64,000 nucleotides of DNA from an uncultured delta proteobacterium (GCA_963778655.1 CAVZVA010000012.1:64001-128000); one strand, 5' to 3'. Shown: positions 8,739-19,166, counted from the stretch's first letter. Notes: generated by a model not told the origin, from the sequence alone. Translations and numbers: made by a program.

Positions 8739-11700
8739 TTACAAGGCGGCGAGCAGGGTGGCGACGTCGCCCGATTGGTGAAGTGCCTGGCTGATGCCGG
8801 ACAAGAGCTGCGGCGGGACCCTGCGCGAGTCGGGGCGCCCGCGCAGCACCACCACGCCCGTGATCTCGGCGCCGCGCTTGCTCGCGTGCGTCAGCGGCAG
8901 AGCCGTGAAGACCTCGCCCAGTTGGTTGCGCCACAACGAATCGCCTGCCTCGCCGGCGGGATGCGAGGGACCCGGTGCCACGACGCGGGCCGTTTCGACC
9001 GTGTCGTGCTCGTCGGTGAGGCGTTCGAGCAGCGAGCCGACCCGCGCGTCGAGGTCATCGGGCGGGACCACCGCGCCTTCCTGGGCCGCGAGCTTCGGAC
9101 CGTCGGACTGGATCGTGTAGATGAAACCGGCGTCGACCCCGGCCGCCTGCACCAGCGAGCGCAGCGCGGTCAGCGCCCGCTCGCGACTGTCGTTGAACTG
9201 CGTGACCGACAGCTCGTGAAGCGTTCTGGCAACCCAGCTTGCGGCCGCATTGGCGATCTCTTCGGTCACAGCGATCCGCGCGGCCTCGGCGCGCGTCATC
9301 AGGGCCGCGTAACGCGCCGTCAACAGCGGGTTGCGACCGCTGCGATAAATCGCTGCGCAGCTGCCCGCGAACCGCTCGAACGACGCCTGATCGCCCGCCT
9401 CGAGCGCCACCAGTGCCCGCGTCTCGTACGCCCCGCCGAGCACCAGACCGCCGGCCTCGAAGTCCTCGAGCAGCGCAATCGACTCGTCCGCAAGCCCGCG
9501 CGCGCTGTCGTGTAAGCCGGCTGCAGAGTGCAGGCGCGCCAGCGCCTCCAGCAGCGAATGCGTTTGTGGACCCAGCTCGACGCCGCGCGCTGCGGCCAGC
9601 TGCTCCGCGCCCACAGCGAGCCCTTCGTCCGTCCGACCGAGCTTCGAGAGCACGAGCAGGTGGGACGCGGCCAGCTCTGCGTGCGCCGGGTGCTCGCCGG
9701 GGCAGGTCAAGGCAAGCCCCGCTTCGAAATCCGCGAGCGCCTTCTGCAAGGCTCCGCGCAGCTCGTGGTACGCGCCGCGCGCGTGGTAATAGAGCGGAAG
9801 CCAGCCCGGCGCGCCCTCGGCTCTGCGTTCGATTCTCGGGCAGCAGGCGCTTGAGCCGGGCCAGGTCTCCGGCGAATGCGTAGACCAGCGCTTCCCGGTG
9901 GATGTGGCTGCCTTCGAACATCTGCGGCGGATTGTCCCGCAGCCGTATCAGCTCGGCCTTGCGCTTGAACGCGTCGGCCGCGGTCGTGTCGCCCCTGCAC
10001 AACGCCGCGAGCATGCGTAAGCAGCACGCGTTGATGACGAAGATCGGGTCGCTCTCCAGCTCGGTCATAACTCGTCGACGGCCGACAGGACCGCGTGGGT
10101 GTCGTCGCAGTCGAGCAGCAGCTTGATCTCGTCCAGAGATAAGCCCTCGGGCTCCACCAGCGACAACCCCATGGCCAGGCGCGCGCTCATCGGCGACAGG
10201 CGGGCGAGCTTGGCTTCGAGCGCGGCCTGCAGCGACGACGGAAGGTCGCCGGGGTCGAGCTGGGCGGGCAGCAGCCACGATCCGGCCTGATACCGCACCA
10301 CGCCGCGGTCGAGCAGGTGCTGCGCCAGCTGCATCAGCGCACCGGGCGAGCCCGACGACAGCCGGTGCAGCCTGTCGGTGAGCGACCGAAGGTGATCGAT
10401 GTCGCCGAAGATGGACTGCAGCAGCGACTCGGTCTGGTCCAGCGACAGCGGTTGCATCTCGATCACGGTCGCGGTCCCCACGAAGAAGCGCAGCGACGGG
10501 TTGCCGGAGGCGTCGGCCATCGAGGGTAGGGTGACGGCGACGAGCAGTCGGTTGTGGCGCGCCTCGGTCGTGAGCAGAGCCAGCAGCGCCGCGCTGCGCT
10601 CGTCCATCAAGTGCGCGTCGTCGACTGCGAGCATCAACGTACGGCCCGCCGAGGCGCGCAGCAGCAGGTCGCGTGCCGCGTCGCGATATCGCGCCTGGAC
10701 CCCGGAGTCGACGGTCTCCGCAGCGGGCGCTTGGCTCGAGCCGGATGGCGGATGCAGGGACGAAAGCAGCAGCGCGCTCGGCTCGTCGGCCAGCGCGGGC
10801 ATAGCTTCGAGCACCTGAGTTACAAGCGCGTTGACCACGCCGAACGGTCCCTTCTGGTCCGAGGCGTTCGCGCGCGCCACGGCGGCCCCGTGCAGCTTTG
10901 CCTCCAGCACGCTGCTCGCGAGAAAGCGGCTGCGTCCCATGCCCTCCTCACCGATGATCAGCGCCGCCCTGGCGCGTTTGCCCGGCTCGCGTTCGAGCAG
11001 CTCCCGCACGCGGGCGAGCTCGCGCTTCCGCCCTGAAAGCCGCGGCGAGGTGAGATAGGCTTGCTGCACGACCAGCTGCTCCGACACGTCGCGGCCACCG
11101 ATCACACACAGCCGCTCCATCACCTCGGCGGCGGTCTGCGGTCGAGCGGCGCGGTCGAGCGACAACAGCGACAGCACCAGTGCGTCGAGCGCGGCAGGAA
11201 CACCGCTCGCGTAGTGCGAGGGTGGGCGCGGCGCGGTGCGCCAGGCCGCGAGCAAGGTCTCGAAAGAACGCGCGCCGTAGGCGTGGCGTCCGGTCAGTGC
11301 GAAGTACGCGGTCGCCCCCAGCGCGAACAAGTCGACGCGGCCGTCGAGCTCCTGCCCGTGCACCGCTTCGGGCGGACAGAACGGCGGCGTGCCGACCAGG
11401 CGCGGCGTGCTGCCGAACGGCGCGATCGCGCCGAAGTCGATCAGCTTGGCCAGACCGTCTTCGGTGCAGCGGATGTTGCGCGGCGTGACGTCGCGGTGCA
11501 TGAGGCCGCGCGAGTGGATGAGCGACAACGCCGAGCTGACGTCGCTGAGCAGCGCGCAGACACGGTCGGCGGGCAAGGGGGAGAGCTGGCCGAGATCGCC
11601 GCCGCCCAGCCACTCCATGGTGTAGAACGCGCAACCGTCGTCGCGGCCGTAGTCGTACACCTCCACGACCCTCGGATGACTGAGCTGCTGTAGAGTGTGG

Positions 11701-11924
11701 TACTCGCGTTCGAACAGCTGGCGCAGCTCGCCGGCCTGCTCTCCGCCGCTCGGCAGCAATCGTTTCAGCGCCAGCACGCGGTCGCGCGCGGTGTCGTGCG
11801 CGGCGTAGGCAACCGCCATCCCCCCGCGGCCCAGCTCGCTGGTAATTCGATAGCGCTCGGCCACCAGCGAACCCGCGACCAGCTCGGCGCTTCGCTCCGG
11901 GCTGCTACCGGCCTGATGGCCCAT
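8739..11924 (-). pseudogene. Ser/Thr protein kinase-AAA ATPase-helical repeat protein, disrupted (stop/junction at about 10065, +1 frameshift at about 9833)
   Basis: Kinase motifs LGRGGMA, ALKR, HRDVTPRN, DFG, GTPPF and P-loop GEEGMGRS with VDDAH in 10065..11924. Coding-like sequence continues in a second frame (MTELESDP..LKRLLPE) and a third (IERRAEG..LQKALAD..to 8739). Confidence 0.8.
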
Positions 11925-12014
11925 ATTGCTACAATAATCCCGTTTGGATGTAATCGTCTACGCGGTTTGTGCCTGCCGCTGTACAAGACTCCCGGTTCTC
12001 CAGCCTCGCCAACT

Positions 12015-12028
12015 CTACCGATCGGTAG
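12015..12028. promoter_or_regulatory. Perfect 14-bp palindrome, candidate operator (TetR-like) in a divergent intergenic region
   Basis: CTACCGATCGGTAG is its own reverse complement and lies between divergent starts 11924 and 12170. Confidence 0.4.
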
Positions 12029-12169
12029 CCTCCAGGCCCCCTCCCTATGCAGAAATCGAGCTGGCGGTCGCTTACTCAGTTGCTATGGGCCGTTGTCGTT
12101 GCTATCCCGACTCTTGGTGGGCACGTCGCTGCGGCGGCGCGCTGTGGTAAGTGGTGGAGGAGCCAAACA

Positions 12170-13483
12170 ATGCGAACACGATGCTATCTGCGGGCGCGGC
12201 CTGGCGCCGCGCATCTCAGCGACTTGCGATGTCCCGCGCTCGAGCATGACGATGGCGATGAGGTTGAGTCGCTCGTTTCAAGCACGGGCGCCCTCGGCGA
12301 GCGCCGCGGTGCGCGGTCGAGGTTCAAGAGCACGTCCGTGGGAGTCGTCGCTGCGGCAGCAGCGGCCCTGATGTGCGGATGCAGCGCCTCGAATAGCGGC
12401 TCGCCCGCCCCGCTGGGCACCGTTGGCCTTCCCGCGCTCGGTGGTGCTGGAGTCTCCAGTGTGAGCCCAGGGGGGGGTACAGGCGGCACCGGTGCCGGCG
12501 CCGGTGCGACCGCAGCGAAGAATCCCTCACCCTTGCCGACGACGAGCACTGGCGGCGTCGGCGGCGCCGGGCTCGGCACCGGCGGTGCCGTCACCCCGAT
12601 GCCGGTGGGCACCGGGGGCTCCGGGATGGTGGCAATGACCACCGGAGGAACCGGAGGAATCGGCGGTGGCACGGCGGGGACCGGCACCGGCGGCGTCGCG
12701 ATGATGCCGCCGCAGGTCAACACCTCGAGCGATCCCACGATCCCCGCCATCACGGGCGACTGCCCGAGCCTCGAGACGGGACCGATCAACTTCATGGGCG
12801 AGACCGGCCAAGTCGAAGCCGGCCCGATGCCTTCCAGCCCCACCGCCCCGATGTTGCTCTACTGGCACGGCACGGGGTCGACCGCGGGTGAGTACGCATT
12901 CATGGCGGCCGACGTCGCGCAGGGCGTTACCAGCCAAGGCGGCGTGATCGTGTCCTTCGAGAGCACGACCAACCAAGGTGACTGCTCGCCTTCAGGCACG
13001 TTCATCTTCTGCACCGGCGACTTCGACGTCATGGACCAGTACGTCGCCTGCGCCGTCAAGAACCGCAACGTCGATCCGCACCGTATCTACACCGCGGGTT
13101 GCAGCGCCGGCGGTTTGATGGCCACGGCCATGGCCATGCAGCGCTCGGAGTACATCGCCTCTGCCACGCCCAACTCGGGCGGCGTCACGTTCGGCGGCGC
13201 GTTCAGCTCCGATCACACGCCGGCCTTGATGACGATCCACGGTGCGCCGGGCTCGGACGTCGTGGGCGTGGACTTCTCGCAGACGAGCGCGACTGCGGAC
13301 ATGCTGTTCAAGCAGCACGGCGGCTTTGCCGTCGACTGCAATACGGGCGGCGGGCACTGCGGCGGAGCGCCGCTGGCCCCGGACGCGTGGACGTTCCTGC
13401 AGGCGCATCCGTACGGCGTCGATCCCGAGCCGTATGCCGGCGGGCTGCCCGCGGGCTTTTCCTCACAGTGCTCGATCCAGTAG
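12170..13483 (+). CDS. Lipoprotein alpha/beta hydrolase (esterase)
   Basis: GGAGGAG SD before ATG 12170, LMCGC lipobox, GTGG linker, WHGTG, nucleophile GCSAGG, HG..SD, GGGHC. Confidence 0.82.
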   Translation: MRTRCYLRARPGAAHLSDLRCPALEHDDGDEVESLVSSTGALGERRGARSRFKSTSVGVVAAAAAALMCGCSASNSGSPAPLGTVGLPALGGAGVSSVSPGGGTGGTGAGAGATAAKNPSPLPTTSTGGVGGAGLGTGGAVTPMPVGTGGSGMVAMTTGGTGGIGGGTAGTGTGGVAMMPPQVNTSSDPTIPAITGDCPSLETGPINFMGETGQVEAGPMPSSPTAPMLLYWHGTGSTAGEYAFMAADVAQGVTSQGGVIVSFESTTNQGDCSPSGTFIFCTGDFDVMDQYVACAVKNRNVDPHRIYTAGCSAGGLMATAMAMQRSEYIASATPNSGGVTFGGAFSSDHTPALMTIHGAPGSDVVGVDFSQTSATADMLFKQHGGFAVDCNTGGGHCGGAPLAPDAWTFLQAHPYGVDPEPYAGGLPAGFSSQCSIQ

Positions 13484-13683
13484 TGACTTGCGCCCCGCGG
13501 TGCGCGTAGCCGTCGTCCGGCGATCGCGCACCACGCGGGTGGGTTCTCGGCAGCGGAGGTAAGTCCCGCGCCGAGTGGGTCTGCGGCCGCGCGCAAGCGG
13601 TCCGGGTTGGTGTGACGTGAGCCGTCTGGGCTGCCGGTCGAGTGCTTTCGACGGCAGGACAAAATCTGGGTTGGAGGAAGCCG

Positions 13684-14832
13684 ATGCGCACGCAAAGGGT
13701 GGTGGTTGGGTTGTGTCTTTCGTTCGTGCTCGCGGCCGCGGTCGCCTGCGGTTCGAGCTCGAACGTCAATAAGGGAAGCGGAACTGGAGGGACGAGCGCC
13801 CTTAGCCCGATGACGGGCACGGGCGGGGCCGCGGCTCCCGCCGGCGGGACCGGCGGTATGAGCGCGGCCAATCAGCCGCAGGTCGGAACCGGCGGCATGC
13901 CCTCGATCATCGGCGCGCCCGGTGCGGGTGCGGCGGGCGCCGGTTCGGTGGGCCAGGGCGGCTCGAGCGGCGGGGCCGCGACGGGCGGCTCCGGCGCGGC
14001 CGGCATGGCCGGCATGGCCGGCGCCGGCGGCAACACCGCGCCGACCGGCACGATTCCCGTGCACGGACCTGACCCCGCCGACTCGCTGTCGGGTATGACG
14101 ATGGGCCCGTACAATGTCATGGCCTATACGGACGGCTATGCGCCCTCGACGGACTATGCCGATTCGACCATCTACGCGCCGACCGACGCCGAGCCGCCGC
14201 TGGCGAGCGTAGCGGTGGTGCCCGGATTCGTGTCGCCCCAGTCGGCGATCCAGAACTGGGGCCCGTTCCTGGCTTCCTACGGCATCGCCACCATCACCAT
14301 CGGCACCAACTCGCCGTCGGACCCGCCCGACGTCCGCGAGGTCGCGTTGATGGGCGCGCTCAAGACGCTGCGCGACGAGAACACGCGCATGGGCAGCCCG
14401 CTGATGGGCAAGCTCGCGACCGACGTGCAGGCGACGATGGGCTGGTCGATGGGCGGCGGCGGCACCTTGCTCGCAGCCAACGATCACCACGAGCTGAAGG
14501 CCACGGTCTCAATGTGCGCGTGGAATCCCGGCTTTCAGTACTCGATGATCACGTCGCCGGCGCTGATGTTCGCTTCGCAAGGCGATCCGCTTGCTGGCGG
14601 ACAATCCCAGGGCTTCTACACCAGCATCCCGGACACAACGCCGAAGATGCTGATCGAGACGCCGGGTGGCGATCACTTCGTCGGCAATGATCCCGTGAAC
14701 CAGAACGGCATGATCGGCCGCTACGGGCTCTCCTGGCTGAAAGTGTTCCTCGAAGGCGACGAGCGCTATCGCAAGATCCTGTTGATGATGCCCTCGGTGA
14801 CGACCACCGACTATCAGAGCAACGTCCAGTGA
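13684..14832 (+). CDS. PETase/cutinase-like polyester hydrolase lipoprotein
   Basis: GGAGGA SD, AVAC lipobox, HGPD, TIYAP, VVPGF, WGPFLASYG, GWSMGGGG, CAWNP, QGD, GGDHF, WLKVFLEGDERY. Confidence 0.88.
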   Translation: MRTQRVVVGLCLSFVLAAAVACGSSSNVNKGSGTGGTSALSPMTGTGGAAAPAGGTGGMSAANQPQVGTGGMPSIIGAPGAGAAGAGSVGQGGSSGGAATGGSGAAGMAGMAGAGGNTAPTGTIPVHGPDPADSLSGMTMGPYNVMAYTDGYAPSTDYADSTIYAPTDAEPPLASVAVVPGFVSPQSAIQNWGPFLASYGIATITIGTNSPSDPPDVREVALMGALKTLRDENTRMGSPLMGKLATDVQATMGWSMGGGGTLLAANDHHELKATVSMCAWNPGFQYSMITSPALMFASQGDPLAGGQSQGFYTSIPDTTPKMLIETPGGDHFVGNDPVNQNGMIGRYGLSWLKVFLEGDERYRKILLMMPSVTTTDYQSNVQ

Positions 14833-14878
14833 GCTGCTCGCGCGTCGGGCAATCCCGGCGCGCGCACCACGAAGCTCG

Positions 14879-14921
14879 GAGCGCGGTCGACCGGCCTAGG
14901 ATGCGGCCGGGCTCCGCGCTC
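14879..14921. terminator. GC-rich hairpin between the convergent hydrolase gene and the sRNA candidate
   Basis: GAGCGCGG..CCGGCC-loop-GGCCGG..CCGCGCTC, with no U-tract. Confidence 0.3.
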
Positions 14922-14946
14922 GCGCCTGCAGCACCGACCGGCGCGC

Positions 14947-15055
14947 AAAGAAACGAACCGGCGGCGAGAGCTTCGGGGGGAAGCTCTCGCCGCCCAGTGA
15001 GCTGGCTCAGAGGCCCGGGGGGGAATGAGCCTCCAGGGAACCAGCACCGCTGTGC
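14947..15055 (-). ncRNA. Candidate sigma54-dependent small RNA, about 109 nt, three stem-loops with C-rich loops (Pxr-like architecture)
   Basis: Minus strand: SL1 CAGCAC-AGCG-GTGCTG, SL2 GAGGCTC-ATTCCCCCCC-GGGCCTC, SL3 15-bp stem GGCGGCGAGAGCTTC-CCCCC-GAAGCTCTCGCCGCC, then tail GGTTCGTTTCTTT. It starts 12 nt below a -24/-12 promoter. Confidence 0.7.
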
Positions 15056-15065
15056 TGTGTGGGAA

Positions 15066-15082
15066 TGCGAAGTCCGTGCCAG
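15066..15082 (-). promoter_or_regulatory. Sigma54 (-24/-12) promoter
   Basis: CTGGCACGGACTTCGCA has the correct GG-N10-GC spacing and one mismatch to TGGCACG-N4-TTGC. Confidence 0.7.
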
Positions 15083-15477
15083 CTCGGACCGGCCCCAATT
15101 TGCGGCAAAAGAACCACACCGCGCCGGCACGTCCCACGCGGCCGGCTCTCAGAAATGAAAAATCAGACTGCGAAAACGAAAGGCCATGACGGGCGGAGCG
15201 GGCGGTCGACCGAGATGCCCCCGGATGTCTAGAGCTCGCCGGACAAGAACAGGCAACGCGCAGCCGTTCAGCGATTGCGCGCCCGATTTTGCTCAACGTC
15301 ATCCATGGCGGCACCGAGATCCAGCCGACCTCGTGGGGCAACGCGGTCAAGCCCTACCTGCTCGCGCACGTGCCGTGAGCAGGCTCGCCGCCCTCGGCCG
15401 CGGCTGAGCGCCCGCCCGCAGGCCTTCGCTGTTGTGCCGCCGTTGCGCAGTGCGCGACCGTTTGGTAGCTGGGGGTG

Positions 15478-16599
15478 ATGCGCCGGCTGCGAGTCGACTT
15501 GGTGCTCGGGCTGCTGCCGCTCGCGGCGGCGTCCGGCGGTTGCGCCACCGGCTCGACCTGCGACGGTGCCGCCTGTAGCGCGGCGGCACCCGATCCGGGA
15601 GCAGGCGCGGCAGGCGCGAGCAGCGGTACGGAGGCCGCTGGCAGCGCGGGCGCGATTGCGACGACCGGCGGCGTCTCCGGCGCCGCGATCGATGCCGGCG
15701 TGGGCACGAGCCTGGACGCCGGTATGGTCGCCGCGATCGATGCCGCGCCAGAGCTGCAGACGCCGGTGGTGCGCGGCGACCGCTGCGTGCTCGCGCTCGG
15801 CGACGTGGCGATGGAGATCGACGCGACCCTGGGCGGACGCATCACCTCGTTGCGGCTGGGCCAGGTGGAGCTGCTGAGCGGACCGAGCGTGAACGCCAGC
15901 AATTACGGCTCGACCTTCTGGACCAGCCCGCAGGCTGACTGGGGCTGGCCGCCAGTCGCGGCGATCGACAACGCGCCGTTCAGCGTAGCGCCCTCGACGG
16001 ACAGCGAGTGCGTGCTGCAGGGGGCGGTGGTTGCCGACTCTGCGCATCCCAACGTGGACGGCGTCCAGATCAGCAAGCACTTCAGCGCCGATGTCGCCGC
16101 CCAGGCGCTGGTGGCACAGTACACGATCGCGAACCAGGGCACGGGCGCGCTGCAGCTGGCGCCGTGGGAGATCGCGCGGGTGGCGCCGGGCGGCTTGACC
16201 TTCTACGCCAGCGACTCCGATCCCGGCGGCGACAAGCAGCCACCGACGGTGCGCGCGGCCGGTTGCGTGTGGCTCGAGCACGATCCGAGCATCGCGGTCG
16301 ACTCCAAGCTGTTCGGGGACGGCAAGGGCTGGGTCGCGCACGTCTCGCCGGACAACGTGCTGCTGCTCAGGGTGTTCGAGGACGTCGCGCCGGGCGCGGC
16401 CGCGAGCGGCGAAGCCGAGATCGAGATGTACACCGGTGCCGGCTACGACGAGATCGAGTGCCAGGGCGGCTCGATGCCAATTGAGCCCGGCGCCGAGCGA
16501 GTGTGGAGCGTCCGCTGGATCGTGCGCGCGCTGCCCGCGAGCATCGCGCGCAGCGCGGGCAATCCCGACCTGGTCGCATTCGTGCAATCGCTGCTGTGA
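15478..16599 (+). CDS. Lipoprotein with galactose-mutarotase-like (DUF4380-like) domain
   Basis: ASGGC lipobox, linker, LGGRITSL, YGSTFWTSPQADWGWPP, YDEIECQG. Confidence 0.7.
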   Translation: MRRLRVDLVLGLLPLAAASGGCATGSTCDGAACSAAAPDPGAGAAGASSGTEAAGSAGAIATTGGVSGAAIDAGVGTSLDAGMVAAIDAAPELQTPVVRGDRCVLALGDVAMEIDATLGGRITSLRLGQVELLSGPSVNASNYGSTFWTSPQADWGWPPVAAIDNAPFSVAPSTDSECVLQGAVVADSAHPNVDGVQISKHFSADVAAQALVAQYTIANQGTGALQLAPWEIARVAPGGLTFYASDSDPGGDKQPPTVRAAGCVWLEHDPSIAVDSKLFGDGKGWVAHVSPDNVLLLRVFEDVAPGAAASGEAEIEMYTGAGYDEIECQGGSMPIEPGAERVWSVRWIVRALPASIARSAGNPDLVAFVQSLL

Positions 16600-16664
16600 C
16601 CGGCCGCGATGCAGGCGCGTGCGTGCGCTGACCCGGTTGGGTCCGCGCACGGCACAACACGGCG

Positions 16665-18110
16665 ATGCCGACGCAGTTGCGGTGCGGGCAAGCGCCTCGC
16701 GCTGGTGCGCGCGGACGGCTCTGCGCCCTCTGCGCGGCGCTCGCGCTGCACGCGACAGCTTGCACCCGCGGCCCGGCTCGGCCGTTGGGCCCGCCTGCCG
16801 CCTCGAGCCCCGCTGCCGGCATCGGCGCGAGCGCAGCCGGTGGCGTTGCCGCCGTTCAGTCGGTTGGCGGCGCCGGTGGCCCGACGCTGGCCGCGAGTGG
16901 CGGCGGCGCGCCAGCGGCCGCGCTCGACGCGGGGGCCGCCCGAGATGGCGGCGCGGCGGCGCTCGACGCTGGTCCCGCGCGCGGTCCGGCGCCGCCGCAG
17001 GCCGGCGTTCGCTTTCCGTTTCCGCAGAACCGCGAGTCGCCGCGCTGCGGCTATCCCGCCGGCTATCGCAACCAGGATCTGCAGGTCGCGTACGCGCGCT
17101 GGAAGCGGGACACCGTCACCGCCGACGGCGCGGGCGGACACTTGCGCGTCAAGCGTCCCAACGAGCCGGGGCTGGAGCCGGATTCGACCGTATCGGAGGG
17201 CATCGGCTACGGCATGTTGAACGCGGTCTACATGAACGACCAGACCCTGTTCGACGAGCTATGGAAGTACGAGCGCATGTGGCTCGACGACAACGGTTTG
17301 ATGGACTGGTACATCAACGCAGCGGGCACCGACCGGTTGGGCACCGGGGCCGCCACCGACGCCGACGAGGACATGGCCTTCGCGCTGGTGATGGCCGACC
17401 GCCAGTGGGGCGGCAGCGGTACGCTCGACCGTGGCTATCTCGACTACGCGCGCGATCAGGTGCAGCGCTTCTGGGATCACGAGATCTACGAGGGCAAGCT
17501 GGCGCGCGCGGGCGACCACTGGGGCGACTGGAACAACCTCAACATCTCCTACTTCGCGCCGGCGTATTACCGCGTGTTCGCGCAGCTGGACGGCAACCAG
17601 GCCGGCTGGGATGCGGTGATCAAGACCGTCTACGACACCATCGACAACGCGCTCAACGCGCACAACGGCAACCAAGACAATGGCCTGGTTCCGGCCTGGT
17701 GCAGCAGCGAAGGGGTGCCCGGCGATCCGGGCAACTATCAGTATGACTCGTGCCGCACGCCGTTTCGGATCGCGCTGGACTACTGCTGGTTCGGCGAGCC
17801 GCGCGCCCGCGACTACGTGGCGAAGACCACGGGCTTCTTCGCGGCGATCGGCGTCGACGCGATCGCCGACGGTTACGACCTCGATGGCACGCCGCACCCG
17901 GCCAACCCGGGCGGCAGGTCGGCGGCATTCGTGGGGCCGGCGGTGGTCGGTGCGATGGCGATCGATTCGCAGAGCGCGTTCGTCGATCGCGGCTACGCCG
18001 TGCTGATCGGCGATGACTTGCTCGCGGGCGGCCGCTACTACGAAGAATCGTGGCAGGTGCTGTCGCTGCTGATGCTCACCGGCAACTTCCTCGACTACAC
18101 CCAGTACTGA
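16665..18110 (+). CDS. Glycoside hydrolase family 8 (endoglucanase CelA-like), probably a lipoprotein
   Basis: TVSEGIGYGML, ATDADEDMAFAL, NISYFAPAYY, GLVPAWC, YDSCRTPFRIALD. Confidence 0.93.
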   Translation: MPTQLRCGQAPRAGARGRLCALCAALALHATACTRGPARPLGPPAASSPAAGIGASAAGGVAAVQSVGGAGGPTLAASGGGAPAAALDAGAARDGGAAALDAGPARGPAPPQAGVRFPFPQNRESPRCGYPAGYRNQDLQVAYARWKRDTVTADGAGGHLRVKRPNEPGLEPDSTVSEGIGYGMLNAVYMNDQTLFDELWKYERMWLDDNGLMDWYINAAGTDRLGTGAATDADEDMAFALVMADRQWGGSGTLDRGYLDYARDQVQRFWDHEIYEGKLARAGDHWGDWNNLNISYFAPAYYRVFAQLDGNQAGWDAVIKTVYDTIDNALNAHNGNQDNGLVPAWCSSEGVPGDPGNYQYDSCRTPFRIALDYCWFGEPRARDYVAKTTGFFAAIGVDAIADGYDLDGTPHPANPGGRSAAFVGPAVVGAMAIDSQSAFVDRGYAVLIGDDLLAGGRYYEESWQVLSLLMLTGNFLDYTQY

Positions 18111-18480
18111 GCGCCCGTCGTGCCGCAGGCCGTCGCCGGTACGCCGCGCCGGCGCGGCGACGGCCGTGAGCCGATTGGTCCCGCCGGCGGTACGTACTGC
18201 CAGACCGGGGCTGGGCATGGCAGGGCAGCGTCCACTTGCATCGACAGGCGGGTTGGCCGCGGCCTTGGCCGGAACTTGGGTTTCGCCCTCTTGCGGCGGA
18301 TGATCGCGCAGGACAGCGGTTTTCGGGGCGAGCCTGAAGCGGGCGCGAGCGGCGGGCCCAGCGCGCGCGGCCCCGCAGCCCGGGGGGGCGGCCGCCGCCC
18401 GCCCGCCTCTGGTACGCTGCGGCCCGGACGGTGGTCGCGTGCGCAGCCCGGGACGACGAAGCTGGACGCCCGCGGAGCGG

Positions 18481-19155
18481 GTGAGCACGGGCGCCCGCCT
18501 CGCGTGGCTCGCTTGCGCGCTGTGCGCAAGCGGCTGCGGCGGCTCGCAAGCCAGCACGCGCGCGAGCGACCAGGGCACGTACCGCCCGGGCGAGCTCGCG
18601 ATGCGCGATCCGCAGCGGCGCGGCGCGGGTGGCACCCATCTGGGTGAGCTGCAACCAGTCGCGGTACCTGCCCGGCCCGAGCCCGCCAAAGGGCCGCCCC
18701 AACGCGCGCGCGAGCAGGGGCCGCCGCCGATCCGGATCGCGACCGAGAAGGGCGCCAAGGCCGTTCCGCTCCAAGGCCGCGACCTGGTGCTGCCCGACGG
18801 CTTGATCATCCACGACGTGCGCAAAGGGGTGACGGCGCGCACCGTACAAGAGCAGGGGACCGGCGACAGCGTGCTCGAGTTGCTCGATGCCCGCGGCCGG
18901 AGGCTCGCGCTGCTCAAGCAGATCCGGCTCAGCCGGGTTGCGCTGCGTGGCGGCCCGCTGCTCGACGCGACGGCGGAGACGCATGAGCGGGGCCGGCGCC
19001 GCGACTGGGGCGCCGGAGGCGTGCGCGTCGTCATCGACCGCTTTCGACACGAGAGCCGCCTGTACACGCTGGAGCGCCGCGCCGACGGCACCGACTGGAT
19101 CTGGAGCGGGCTCGAGCTCTCGAGTCATCCCGCCAGCGCCGGCGCCGCGCGCTAG
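18481..19155 (+). CDS. Hypothetical lipoprotein
   Basis: ALCASGC lipobox, occupies the gap between neighbouring genes, no recognised domain. Start GTG 18481 or 18439. Confidence 0.55.
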   Translation: MSTGARLAWLACALCASGCGGSQASTRASDQGTYRPGELAMRDPQRRGAGGTHLGELQPVAVPARPEPAKGPPQRAREQGPPPIRIATEKGAKAVPLQGRDLVLPDGLIIHDVRKGVTARTVQEQGTGDSVLELLDARGRRLALLKQIRLSRVALRGGPLLDATAETHERGRRRDWGAGGVRVVIDRFRHESRLYTLERRADGTDWIWSGLELSSHPASAGAAR

Positions 19156-19166
19156 ATCAGCGTTCG

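Noticed and set aside
12470..12477. G8 tract in the esterase linker as a phase-variation switch
   Set aside because: Short, in frame and explained by Gly codons. No evidence of variation.
15130..15300. A-rich tract and imperfect palindrome TTGCGC-N10-GCTCAA as enhancer/IHF sites for the sigma54 promoter
   Set aside because: The position is plausible but the match is too weak to call without conservation data.
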